A stretch of DNA of 64,000 bases, taken from contig JBGAGQ010000030.1 of NCBI GenBank assembly GCA_044226625.1, positions 1 through 64,000 on the forward strand, written 5' to 3'. Position 1 is the stretch's first letter. Every line of letters starts with the position of its first letter. The stretch comes from Thermoanaerobaculia bacterium. Lineage in GTDB: Bacteria; Acidobacteriota; Thermoanaerobaculia; Multivoradales; UBA5704. Shown one piece after another: positions 27,385 through 36,955 of the stretch. The notes under the pieces were generated by a model, which saw only the letters and a list, made by a program, of their open reading frames with translations, did no database searches and was not told the DNA's origin. The position numbers and the translations under genes were made by a program.

Positions 27385-29439
27385 ATGGTTGAAGATCGAG
27401 AAGAGCCGGCGCTCGAAGCGTCCTCGGGCCGCTTGCGCCCTGCCTTTTGTTTTGCGGCGCTCTTCGCCTACCTGGCCGTCACCGTCATCGCCCTGCGTCC
27501 GCCGTGGAAGGATCTCGGCGCGAAGATCGCTCCCGATCCGGGAGACCCTCTGTTCAACCTCGTGGTCTTGAAGTGGGGCGTTTACTCGATCTCCCGAGAT
27601 CTCTTCCACGACTTCTCCCATTTCTGGGCCACGTTCTGGAACGCCCCGTTTTTCTTTCCGGCGCCCCACGTCACGACGCTCTCGGATCACCTGCTCGGGC
27701 CCGCCGCCCTCGCGACCCTCCTCGAACGTTTCGGCGTCGACGCCATCGGGGCCTACAACCTGCTGTTTCTCGGCTCGTTCGCGGCGAGCGGAGGATCGGC
27801 CTATTGGGTCTTTCGCCGCTCCGGCCGCTCGGAGGCGGCGGCGTTCTTCGGCGGCCTGGCGTTCGCGTTCGCGCCGTTCCGTTGGGACCAGGCAAGCCAC
27901 CTCCAGATGCTGCTGACCGCGTGGCTGCCGCTCGTCCTTTGGCACTTCGATCGATTGTTGGTCGAGGGCACCTTCCGCCGGGCCGTCTGGTTCCTCTTCT
28001 TCTATACGCTCCATGTGACGGGGGGCGCCTACCTCGCCTACATGATCCACATCCCGCTCATCGCGCTGTTCGTGAACCGTGTCGCGGGACCCGCCCGAAT
28101 CCCCTGGAACGCCGAGCGCGCGCGGGCTCTCGCCCTGTCGGGGGCGTTGGCTCTGGCGGTCGCCGCGACCGTGTTCGGCCCTTACGTTTCAGCGCGCCGA
28201 TCCATCGAACGGCGGGGCATGGAGGCCCGCCTGTACGGCGCGAGCGTAGTGAGCCTGTTCACCCCGGCGGTCAAGAATCGCTATTCGGACCTCTTTCCTC
28301 CGCTTTGGCGCCGGCCCGAGAACGCCTTCTTTCCCGGCTTCCTCCCCGGCACGTTTGCGATCGCCGCGATCGCCGCGGAGGCTCGCAAGAGAAAACGCGC
28401 CGCCCAAGTCGAACCGAAGCCGGAGACCTGGTTCACCCGATGGATGCCGCGACTTTTGGCCGCGATCGCGGGAATCGCCTTCGCGATCTCCGAGGTCCGC
28501 ACCTGGCTCGAGGCCCCCCAGGTCAAAACGAGCGGATTTTTCGTCACGACGCTTCCCTACCTCACCGCGCTCTTGCTCCTGCTTCTGGCGCTCGGCGGCG
28601 CTCTTGCGATCGGAGCCCGTGGCGCCGGAACGCGCCGCGCATGGTTCGCCGACTCGGGTTGGCAGCGCGGCCTGTTCTTCGCGGGCGCGGCCTCGGCGCT
28701 GTTCGCCTTTCCCATCGCTTACGTGCCTCTGATGAAGATCCTCCCCGGTTTCTCGGGCATGCGGGTCGAGAGCCGGTTCCTCGTGCTCGCCTCGTTCTCG
28801 ATCGCCGCGCTTGCGGCCACCGGCCTCGACGTCGCCCTGACCTGGTTTCGCGAAAGCTCGGCCTTTGGCCGGTTTCGATCGAGCGCGGCCTCCTCCCGCC
28901 TCGCGCACCTCTCGATCGTCGCGGCGGTGCTCGGACTCGCCGTGTTCGAGCTGTCCCCGAAGGCGCTTCCCTGGGGCGAGCTGCCGCCGCTCGATCCGCC
29001 TCCGCCGGTCTACGGCTATCTCGCGCGATCCCCCTCGGTCGCCGCCGTCTTGGAGCTGCCGATCGGCGCGCCGCTCGACGACCTGCCGTATCTCTATTTC
29101 GGCTCGTTTCATCACAAGCCGATGGTGAACGGCTACAGCGGTTTCGTCCCGCCGGAGAACCAACAGTTCCGCGCCGACTGCTGTTGGCCGGTGCCGGACG
29201 CGGAACGGCTCGCACTGCTCCGGAGCTGGGGGGTGAGCCACGTCGTCGTCCATGTCGACCGCCTGGAGAGACGCTGGCAACGCCGCCTCGCGCGGCACTG
29301 GGAGCGCGCCGCGCCGGTGCGCAAGGTCTTTGTCCACGACGGCACGATCGTCTACGCCTTGGACCGGGCGACGCGCCCGCGAAATTCCCCGACGGGACCT
29401 TCACGCCGGAATCGCCGCGTCCCCCCGCACGACGCCTGA
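27385..29439 (+). CDS. Polytopic membrane protein, YfhO/GT-C glycosyltransferase-like
   Basis: GDPLFN...W, WNAPFFFP, AYNLL, AFAFAPFR, MRVESRF, VLELP...HKPMVNGYSGF. Confidence 0.75.
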   Translation: MVEDREEPALEASSGRLRPAFCFAALFAYLAVTVIALRPPWKDLGAKIAPDPGDPLFNLVVLKWGVYSISRDLFHDFSHFWATFWNAPFFFPAPHVTTLSDHLLGPAALATLLERFGVDAIGAYNLLFLGSFAASGGSAYWVFRRSGRSEAAAFFGGLAFAFAPFRWDQASHLQMLLTAWLPLVLWHFDRLLVEGTFRRAVWFLFFYTLHVTGGAYLAYMIHIPLIALFVNRVAGPARIPWNAERARALALSGALALAVAATVFGPYVSARRSIERRGMEARLYGASVVSLFTPAVKNRYSDLFPPLWRRPENAFFPGFLPGTFAIAAIAAEARKRKRAAQVEPKPETWFTRWMPRLLAAIAGIAFAISEVRTWLEAPQVKTSGFFVTTLPYLTALLLLLLALGGALAIGARGAGTRRAWFADSGWQRGLFFAGAASALFAFPIAYVPLMKILPGFSGMRVESRFLVLASFSIAALAATGLDVALTWFRESSAFGRFRSSAASSRLAHLSIVAAVLGLAVFELSPKALPWGELPPLDPPPPVYGYLARSPSVAAVLELPIGAPLDDLPYLYFGSFHHKPMVNGYSGFVPPENQQFRADCCWPVPDAERLALLRSWGVSHVVVHVDRLERRWQRRLARHWERAAPVRKVFVHDGTIVYALDRATRPRNSPTGPSRRNRRVPPHDA

Positions 29440-29519
29440 CGAGCGCGGTCCGGGCGCCGCCAACCCGCGGCGGCCCATGCGCGACGACACCCGCCGGCCT
29501 GGTACGATCCGACGCTCGT

Positions 29520-30359
29520 ATGAAGAAACTCGCCTACGCCGTCGCGCTCCTGCTCCTCGCTCCCCTCGTGCCCTGCCGTGGGCAGGCGCCGGCCGCCACG
29601 GCGTCCGCGCCGCTCTCGATCGGTGAGACGTTCACGATCCCCTCGAAGATCCTAGCGGAGACACGCCGGATCAACGTCTATCTGCCCGCCGGCTACGAGG
29701 CGGACAAGGAGATGCGGTTCCCCGTCCTGTACATGCCGGACGGCGGGATCGGCGAGGACTTCCTGCACGTGGCCGGCCTGGTCCAGGTGGGCGCCGGTAA
29801 CGGCACGATGCGGCCGATGATCCTGGTGGGGATCGAAAATACCGAGCGGCGGCGGGACATGACCGGACCGACCGACGACCCCGAAGACCGGAAGATCGCG
29901 CCCCGCGTCGGCGGCTCGGCCGCCTTCCGGGACTTCCTGGGCAAAGAGCTGATGCCCGAGATCCGCGCGCGCTACCGGACGACGGAAGAGACCGCGATCG
30001 TCGGCGAATCGCTCGCCGGTCTCTTCATCGTCGAGACGTTTCTGCTGGCGCCCGGGATGTTCGACACCTACATCGCCTTCGATCCGAGCCTCTGGTGGAA
30101 TCGCGAGGATCTGGTCCGGCAAGCGAAATCGCGCCTCGCGGCCATGAAAGGCAGCAAGCAAGCGATGCTCTATCTCGCGACCAGCGACGAGAAGGGGATC
30201 GTGGCGCCGACCGAACGGTTGGTCGAGACGCTCAAGATCGCCTCTCCGCCGAACGTCCGCTGGACCTACTCTCCCCTATCGGCCGAAACCCACGGCACGA
30301 TCTATCACCCGGCGGCGCTCCAGGCGTTCCGGGCGCTGTTCAAGCCCGCGGCGAAGTAG
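29520..30359 (+). CDS. Exported esterase (IroE/YuiI-like alpha/beta hydrolase)
   Basis: Signal peptide; RRINVYLP, PVLYMPDG, RRRDMT, GESLAGLF, PSLWW. Confidence 0.88.
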   Translation: MKKLAYAVALLLLAPLVPCRGQAPAATASAPLSIGETFTIPSKILAETRRINVYLPAGYEADKEMRFPVLYMPDGGIGEDFLHVAGLVQVGAGNGTMRPMILVGIENTERRRDMTGPTDDPEDRKIAPRVGGSAAFRDFLGKELMPEIRARYRTTEETAIVGESLAGLFIVETFLLAPGMFDTYIAFDPSLWWNREDLVRQAKSRLAAMKGSKQAMLYLATSDEKGIVAPTERLVETLKIASPPNVRWTYSPLSAETHGTIYHPAALQAFRALFKPAAK

Positions 30360-30366
30360 GTCGAGC

Positions 30367-31506
30367 ATGGAGTCCTTGCCCACGGTCGCGGTCGACCTGC
30401 GGCCGCTCGTCCGGTCGGTGACCGGCATCGGCGTCTACACGCGATCGCTGCTCCTGGAGCTCGCGCGCCGCGGCGATCGTCGCTATCTGGGCCTCGCCCA
30501 CGGCGCGGTCGAAGGGACCGAGGAGTTCGCGGCGGCGGGCATTCCGATCGAGATCCAGCCAGCCCCCTTGGGAGTGATCTGGCAGCAACTGCGACTGCCC
30601 AAGCGGCTTGCCGCGGGAGACGTCGACCTGCTCTGGTCGCCGCACATGACGCTACCGCTCCGCTGCCCGGTGCCCGCGGTCGCGACGGTCCACGACCTCA
30701 CGACCCTGCTGTTTCCCGACCATCATCGCGTCAAGGTGCGCTGGAGCGTCTACCCGTTCCTCCATGCCTCGCTCGACCGCGCGCGGCGGATCGTCGTCGA
30801 TTCCCAGGCGACCGCGGCCGACCTTCGGTTTCACTTCCCCGATTGTGCCGATCGAGTCGAGGTCATCTACCCCGGGATCGACGCGGAGTTTCGCCCGGCG
30901 GACGCCGACGACATCGCCGCGACCCGAGACGAGATCGGCGCACCCGACGGCTATCTGCTCTACGCCGGGACCCTGGAGCCTAGAAAGAACGTCGGCGCGA
31001 TCCTCGACGCCTGGCAGTTCCTGGTCGAGCGCGACGGGCTCCTGGGCCTCGCCGGCGGCGCCGTCCCTCCGCTCGTCCTCGTCGGCCCTTTCGGCTGGGG
31101 CGGCCCGAAGATCCTCCACCGGATCGAGGCGCTCAAGGCGGACGGGCTGATCCACTTGGGTCCGGTGCCCCGCGCGCGCCTGGTCCGAATCTTCCAGGCC
31201 GCGTCGATCTTCGTCTACCCCTCGCTCTACGAAGGCTTTGGCCTGCCCGCGGCCGAGGCGCTCGCCTGCGGCGTCCCGACCGTGGTTTCGGACCGGTCGA
31301 GCCTTCCCGAGGTGGTGGGAAACGCAGGCCTCCAGGTCGACATCGGCGAGCCCGCGGCGCTCGCGGATGCGCTCGGCCGCCTGCTCGCCGAACCCGGCAA
31401 GGCGCGGGAGCTCGCGGCGCGTGGACCGGCGCAGGCCGCGCGGTTCACCTGGCGGCAGGCGGCCGACCGGTTGGATGCGATCTTCGCCGAAGCGATAAAC
31501 TCCTAG
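30367..31506 (+). CDS. Glycosyltransferase family 4
   Basis: TGIGVY, TVHDL, GTLEPRKN, PSLYEGFGLPAAEALACG. Confidence 0.93.
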   Translation: MESLPTVAVDLRPLVRSVTGIGVYTRSLLLELARRGDRRYLGLAHGAVEGTEEFAAAGIPIEIQPAPLGVIWQQLRLPKRLAAGDVDLLWSPHMTLPLRCPVPAVATVHDLTTLLFPDHHRVKVRWSVYPFLHASLDRARRIVVDSQATAADLRFHFPDCADRVEVIYPGIDAEFRPADADDIAATRDEIGAPDGYLLYAGTLEPRKNVGAILDAWQFLVERDGLLGLAGGAVPPLVLVGPFGWGGPKILHRIEALKADGLIHLGPVPRARLVRIFQAASIFVYPSLYEGFGLPAAEALACGVPTVVSDRSSLPEVVGNAGLQVDIGEPAALADALGRLLAEPGKARELAARGPAQAARFTWRQAADRLDAIFAEAINS

Positions 31507-31536
31507 GTCCGGCCGTTTGTCCGGGAGCCCCTCCGC

Positions 31537-32709
31537 GTGCCGCCCTATACGATCGCCCTCGATGCCCGAAAGATCCGAGACTTCGGCATCGGCACCTACG
31601 TCCGCAACCTGATCCACGGCCTGGCGGCGATCGATCTCGAGAACCGGTACCTGCTCCTGTCCCACGACGAGGACCGGGAGCTGTTCGCCACCCTTCCGGA
31701 CAATTTCATTCCAGTCTCCGAGCGGGCGGGGGTCTATTCCCTGCGCGAGATGGTCTCGCTCTCCTGGCGGCTCTACCGGCTGCGCCCCGACCTCTACCAC
31801 GCCACCCATTACGTCCTGCCCGCTTACGTTCCCGGCAAGGTCGTGGTGACGATCCACGACATCATCCACGTGCTCTACCCGGAGTTCCTGCCCAACGGGT
31901 TCGCCTTCGTCTACGCCTCGCGGATGATCCGCCGGAGCCTCGAGCGGGGCGATCGGATCATCGCGGTCTCGGAGAACACGAAGCAGGACCTGATCGACTA
32001 CTTCGGCGTCGACGGCACGAAGATCGAGGTCGTCCTGAACGGCGTCGAGGAGCGGTTCCGCCGCCGTCTCGCCCCCGAGGAGATCGGCCGGCGCCTCGCG
32101 GCGCTCGGCATCACCCAGCCCTACCTTCTCTTCGTCGGCAATCCGAAGCCGCACAAGAACCTCGACAACGTGGTGAAGGCGTACGCGCGGGCACGGAAGA
32201 TGGCGGGGTTCGAGGCCTCGCTGGTGTGCGTGGGCGACCGGACGCCGGGCGAATCGCGCATCCGTCAACGCGCCGAACAGCTCGGCCTCGGCGACCGGGT
32301 GAAGCTCCTCGGCCATGTCGATTTCGAGGATCTCGCCGCGCTCTACCAGGGAGCGGCGGTGTTTCTCTATCCGACGCTCTACGAAGGGTTCGGGCTTCCG
32401 GTGGTCGAGGCGATGGCCTCCGGTACACCGGTGATCACCTCGAACACCTCGGCGCTCCGGGAGATCGCGAACGGTTACGGCCACCTGGTCGATCCGCTCG
32501 ATCTCGACGCCATCGCCCAGGCGATCGCGCGCTGCATGACCGACCCCGACCATCGCGTGCGTCTGATCGAGCGCGGTCGCGCCCGCGCCGAGGCGTTCCG
32601 CTGGGAGCGAGCGGCGGAGCAGACGCTGGGTATCTATTTTCAAGCCATCGAAGGGATGCCGCGCACCGCGCCGATCGCTCCCGCCCACTCCTCGGAGACC
32701 GCTCGATGA
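31537..32709 (+). CDS. Glycosyltransferase family 4
   Basis: GIGTY, TIHDII, PHKNL, PTLYEGFGLPVVEAMASG. Confidence 0.93.
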   Translation: MPPYTIALDARKIRDFGIGTYVRNLIHGLAAIDLENRYLLLSHDEDRELFATLPDNFIPVSERAGVYSLREMVSLSWRLYRLRPDLYHATHYVLPAYVPGKVVVTIHDIIHVLYPEFLPNGFAFVYASRMIRRSLERGDRIIAVSENTKQDLIDYFGVDGTKIEVVLNGVEERFRRRLAPEEIGRRLAALGITQPYLLFVGNPKPHKNLDNVVKAYARARKMAGFEASLVCVGDRTPGESRIRQRAEQLGLGDRVKLLGHVDFEDLAALYQGAAVFLYPTLYEGFGLPVVEAMASGTPVITSNTSALREIANGYGHLVDPLDLDAIAQAIARCMTDPDHRVRLIERGRARAEAFRWERAAEQTLGIYFQAIEGMPRTAPIAPAHSSETAR

Positions 32710-33872
32710 CCGGAGCGGCCACCGGCCGCGCCGCGCCGCCACGCGTTGCGCTGGTCCACGATTGGCTCACGGGTATGCGCGGCGGGGAGAAGGTCCTGGA
32801 GGAGATCGCCGCCCTCTTTCCCGGCGCACCGATCCACACCCTGTTTCACTTTCCCGGCAGCGTCTCGGAAGCGCTCGAGCGGCATCCGATCGTGCCGAGC
32901 TTCCTCGACCGCGCGCCCGCGATCCGCCGTCGATATCGCCACTACCTGCCGCTCTTCCCGGCAGCGATCGAGGACTTCGATCTCTCCGGATTCGACCTGA
33001 TCGTCTCGTCGAGCCACTGCGTGGCGAAAGGCGTGATCCCGCCGCCCGGGGCCTTTCACGTCTGCTACTGCCACACCCCGATGCGGTACGCCTGGGACCA
33101 GGAGCACGCCTATTTCCCGCGGCGCACGGGGATCGTCGCGCGCCTGCGCGGCCTCGCGCTCTCCCGCCTCCGCACCTGGGACGTCGCGTCGTCGTCGCGA
33201 GTCGACGCGTTCGTTGCCAACTCCTCGTTCGTCGCCGAACGGATCCGCCGCTACTATGGGCGCGAGGCCGAGGTGCTGGCGCCGCCGGTCGACCTCGATT
33301 TCTTCACCCCGGGCCCCGAGGAGCGGACGTCCGCCCCGTACGCCCTGGCGGTTTCCGCGCTCGCTCCGTATAAGCGCGTAGACATCGCGATCGCAGCCTG
33401 CGCCCGGTCGGGCCTGCCGCTTCGGATCGTCGGCGACGGTCCGGAACGCGAACACCTCGCCCGCCTCGCCGCCACGTCGGGAGGAACGATCGAGCTCCTC
33501 GGCCGGGTCGACGGCGGCGCGCTGCGCGATCTCTATCGAGGAGCGAGCCTGTTCGTGCAACCGGGAATCGAGGATTTCGGCATCGCCGCCGTCGAGGCGC
33601 TCGGCTGCGGCACCCCCGTCGTCGCCGCGGGGCGCGGCGGTATCCTCGACATCGTCCAGGACGGGAAAGACGGCCTCCTCTACGAGCCGATCGGCGACCT
33701 CGCCGAGCAGGCGGGGCGGATGAGCGAGACGATTGACAAAGCGCGTCAGTTTCGATTCAATCCGTTGGAGATCCGACAGCGAGCCGAGCGCTTTTCGCGG
33801 CAACTTTTTTCGCAACGCTTTCGCGCCCTCTGCGTGCCGGTTGAGGCTTCCCCGAGAGGAACGACTTCGTGA
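32706..33872 (+). CDS. Glycosyltransferase family 4 (WbaZ-like)
   Basis: VALVHDWLTGMRGGEKVL, YCHTPMRYAW, EDFGIAAVEALGCG; ATGA overlap. Confidence 0.92.
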   Translation: MTGAATGRAAPPRVALVHDWLTGMRGGEKVLEEIAALFPGAPIHTLFHFPGSVSEALERHPIVPSFLDRAPAIRRRYRHYLPLFPAAIEDFDLSGFDLIVSSSHCVAKGVIPPPGAFHVCYCHTPMRYAWDQEHAYFPRRTGIVARLRGLALSRLRTWDVASSSRVDAFVANSSFVAERIRRYYGREAEVLAPPVDLDFFTPGPEERTSAPYALAVSALAPYKRVDIAIAACARSGLPLRIVGDGPEREHLARLAATSGGTIELLGRVDGGALRDLYRGASLFVQPGIEDFGIAAVEALGCGTPVVAAGRGGILDIVQDGKDGLLYEPIGDLAEQAGRMSETIDKARQFRFNPLEIRQRAERFSRQLFSQRFRALCVPVEASPRGTTS

Positions 33873-35299
33873 TCCGCCAACGCCATCGCATGACCGCGGG
33901 TCTCTATCTCGCCGCAGATCTAGCGGCGACCGTCGTCGCGTTCTTTGCCGCCTGGATCCTTCGCTTCGAAGTCGAGGTGATCCCGGTCACAAAGAGCGTG
34001 CCGGATTTCACGCCCTACCTCGCCCTCCTGCCGTTCGTGCTCGTCCTCTGGCCGGTGGTCTTCTACTTCCACGGCCTCTATCAGAACCGCCGCGGACGCA
34101 GCCGCGTCGACGAGGTGATCACGCTGGTCGTGGCGGTGTTGCTCGCGACCGTGCTGCTCTCCGTCCTGATCGCCTGGTACCGGCCCCCCGCGGCGCCGGG
34201 AAGCCGCGAGTACTTCACCTATAGCCGCGCGTTCCTCGCGCTGTTCGCGCTGCTCGACCTCGCGCTGGTGTCGGGCGTGCGCATGGGCGTGCGCCAGGTC
34301 CTCAAGCGCATCCGCCTCTCGGGCCACAACCTGCAGCGCATCCTGGTGATCGGCGCCGGAGTGCTCGGACGCGAGATCACCCAGAAGCTCGTCGCCCATC
34401 GCGACCTCGGGTTCGAGATCGTCGGCTTCCTCGACGACGATCCGGGCAAAGCGGGCACCGAGATCGACGGCGTGCCGGTGCTCGGCACGCTGCGCCAGGC
34501 GGAAGAAATCATCGCCGAGCGCTCGATCGATCAGGTCTACGTCGCGCTGCCGATCGAGGCGTACCGGAAGACCCTGCAGATCCTCCAGCGGATGGGCAAC
34601 GAGATCGTCGACATCAAGCTCGTGCCCGACATCCTGCAATTCGCGACGCTCAACGCCTCGCTCGAAGACGTCGACGGAACGCCGGTCATCAACCTCTCCC
34701 AGGTGCCGCTCCAAGGGTGGAACAGCCTGGTCAAGCGGGCGATGGACGTGGCGATCGCGATCGGCGTCCTCGCGGTTCTCCTCCCCTTCCTGCCGTTCGT
34801 GGCGATCGCGATCTGGCTCGAGGACCGCGGTCCGATCTTCTATCGCCAGGAGCGGATGGGGCTCGACGGCAAGTCGTTCATGATCCTCAAATTCCGCTCG
34901 ATGCGCGCCGACGCCGAGGCTTCGACCGGTCCGGTCTGGGCGATCAAGGACGATCCGCGACGCACGCGCGTCGGCGGTTTCCTCCGCCATTGGTCGATCG
35001 ACGAGCTACCGCAGATCTGGAACGTGCTGGTGGGCGACATGTCGATCATCGGTCCGCGTCCGGAGCGCCCCACCTTCGTGCGGGAGTTCAAGCACAAGAT
35101 CCCGCAGTACATGCTCCGCCATCGCGTGAAGGCCGGCATTACCGGTTGGGCGCAGGTCCACGGTTGGCGCGGCAACACCTCGATCAAAAAGCGCATCCAG
35201 TACGACCTCTACTACATCGAGAACTGGTCGCTCGCGCTCGACATGAAGATCCTCTGGATGACGCTGCGCCACGGTTTCAAGCACCACAACGCCTACTAG
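33869..35299 (+). CDS. Undecaprenyl-phosphate glucose phosphotransferase (WcaJ-like)
   Basis: KRAMD, GPIFYRQERMG, KFRSM, SIDELPQ, MSIIGPRPERP, VKAGITGWAQ, DLYYIENWS. Confidence 0.93.
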   Translation: MIRQRHRMTAGLYLAADLAATVVAFFAAWILRFEVEVIPVTKSVPDFTPYLALLPFVLVLWPVVFYFHGLYQNRRGRSRVDEVITLVVAVLLATVLLSVLIAWYRPPAAPGSREYFTYSRAFLALFALLDLALVSGVRMGVRQVLKRIRLSGHNLQRILVIGAGVLGREITQKLVAHRDLGFEIVGFLDDDPGKAGTEIDGVPVLGTLRQAEEIIAERSIDQVYVALPIEAYRKTLQILQRMGNEIVDIKLVPDILQFATLNASLEDVDGTPVINLSQVPLQGWNSLVKRAMDVAIAIGVLAVLLPFLPFVAIAIWLEDRGPIFYRQERMGLDGKSFMILKFRSMRADAEASTGPVWAIKDDPRRTRVGGFLRHWSIDELPQIWNVLVGDMSIIGPRPERPTFVREFKHKIPQYMLRHRVKAGITGWAQVHGWRGNTSIKKRIQYDLYYIENWSLALDMKILWMTLRHGFKHHNAY

Positions 35300-35550
35300 A
35301 CGCGCGCGCTTCACACCCAAAACCAGCCTCTCCCTCTCGCTCGGCGCAAGAACTTTCCGCGCCTCGAGAACCTCCTCGACGCGCTCCGCTCGAGCTCGCG
35401 CGTCGATTCCGCATCGTCACACCCGCTCAAAAACCCGAGGAAATTCGGGCGTTTTCTTGCCGCGGGCGCACCCAAGGACGACTTTGATTTCCGGAGTCTA
35501 CCGGCCCCTTTGCGCTACACCGAGTCACTAAGGATTGAGGTACGAACCTC

Positions 35551-35579
35551 TTGACACGCAAGATGTTGTGGCGTACCTT
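35551..35579 (+). promoter_or_regulatory. Sigma70-type promoter
   Basis: TTGACA-N17-TACCTT, 57 nt upstream of the H1-like gene. Confidence 0.7.
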
Positions 35580-35636
35580 TTTTCCATGACCTTCCGCCCG
35601 TACCACGGGCACCCAACACCCGAAAGGAGAGTATCG

Positions 35637-35930
35637 ATGGCGACGTCCGCAAAGAAGGCTGCGAAGGCTCCGGCGAAGAAGGCCGCCGCTCCGAAGAAGG
35701 CTGCGGCTCCGAAGAAGGCCGCTGCTCCGAAGAAGGCTGCCGCCCCGAAGAAGGCTGCTGCTCCGAAGAAGGCTGCTGCCCCGAAGAAGGCCGCCGCTCC
35801 GAAGAAGGCTGCCGCCCCGAAGAAGGCTGCTGCTCCGAAGAAGGCCGCTCCGAAGAAGGCTGCCGCTCCGAAGAAGGCCGCTGCTCCGAAGGTCGTCAAG
35901 GTGGCTGCTCCGGCCGCTGCCAAGAAGTAA
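35637..35930 (+). CDS. Histone H1-like Lys/Ala/Pro-repeat protein (97 aa)
   Basis: RBS AAAGGAGA; 11 x KKAAAP plus 1 x KKAAP; differences between repeat units fall at synonymous third positions. Confidence 0.85.
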   Translation: MATSAKKAAKAPAKKAAAPKKAAAPKKAAAPKKAAAPKKAAAPKKAAAPKKAAAPKKAAAPKKAAAPKKAAPKKAAAPKKAAAPKVVKVAAPAAAKK

Positions 35931-36119
35931 GCACACTTTCGTCGAGGGTTCCGGAGGCCTTCGTCCGACTCTTCGAGTCGGAGTCACCTCCCGGAGCTGC
36001 CGGCTCCCAAACGCGGAGCATCGCTGCCGGCACCTCCCCTTCGAGCCCGAGCGGGTCCCACACGACTTCCCCCAGGCTTCAAAAACTCCCGTCTTTCCTC
36101 GACTATTTCGTTCTCTGGC

Positions 36120-36911
36120 TCAGCCTCGGAGACCGCGCGCCGCAGCGCGATCGATCCACCACGTGAGCTCGCCGAGCGCGGGACGCACCGCCGCCGCGGG
36201 CAGCTCGTCCGCCGGAACGCGCGGCGCGTCCTCGCCGAGGATCGCGGCGACCTTCTCCGCTTTGTCCTCACCCGCGACGAGAAACGCGACGCTTCGTGCC
36301 GCGAGGAACACCGGCAGAGACAGCGTCAGACGCTCGACGCCGAGGCGCTCGACGTAGAGCGGGAAACAAAGGCGATCGGCCACCGCGACCGCTCCCGTTC
36401 CCGGGAACAGAGACGCGGTATGTCCGTCCGCGCCGAGACCGAGCAAGACGAGATCGAAGCGCGGCGGCTCGCTTCCGCGCAAGGAGAAGAACGTCCGCAG
36501 CTCGGTCTCGTAGCGCGTCGCGACCTCGGCCGGATCGGCGATCTCGGTCGCGAATCGATGAACGTTCTCGCGGGGGATCGGCGGACGGCGCGGGGCCTCG
36601 AGCAGCGACTCGCGCACCATGCGGTAGTTGCTCTCCTCGTGATCCGGGGGAACGCACCGTTCGTCGCCCCAGAAGAGGTGGACGCCGCTCCAGGGAATCT
36701 CGTTGACGAGAGGCTCGGACGCCAGTCGCGCGTAGAGATCGCGCGGCGTCGAGCCGCCCGAGAGCGCGACGGTGAACCTTCCGCGCAGCGAGACCGCGCG
36801 CGCCGCCGAGCGTGCGAACTGCTCTGCCGCGCCGGCCGCGAGCTCGCGACGGTCGTCGGCGATCATCACGCGGGTGGCACCCCGCTCTCCCACCCGGGTC
36901 AGCTCTTCCAT
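36120..36911 (-). CDS. pgl: 6-phosphogluconolactonase
   Basis: ALSGGSTP, FWGDERCVPPDHEESNY, LLGLGADGHTASLFP. Confidence 0.95.
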   Translation of the reverse strand: MEELTRVGERGATRVMIADDRRELAAGAAEQFARSAARAVSLRGRFTVALSGGSTPRDLYARLASEPLVNEIPWSGVHLFWGDERCVPPDHEESNYRMVRESLLEAPRRPPIPRENVHRFATEIADPAEVATRYETELRTFFSLRGSEPPRFDLVLLGLGADGHTASLFPGTGAVAVADRLCFPLYVERLGVERLTLSLPVFLAARSVAFLVAGEDKAEKVAAILGEDAPRVPADELPAAAVRPALGELTWWIDRAAARGLRG

Positions 36912-36955
36912 GGCCCCCGCTCCGAATCGATCCCCGATTCTCTACCGTCGAGCCC

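Noticed and set aside
2816-30359. Long ORF-track entries that look like fusions (2816-4216, 7156-8472, 24074-25909, 27447-30359)
   Set aside because: Their N-terminal parts are Arg/Gly/Pro-rich off-frame read-through overlapping real genes. True starts are at 3731, 7353, 25226 and 29520.
35427-35987. Antisense repeat ORFs (GAAAFF)n and (LLRSSS/GG)n
   Set aside because: Mirror frames of the KKAAAP gene; promoter, RBS and synonymous variation all support the + strand frame.
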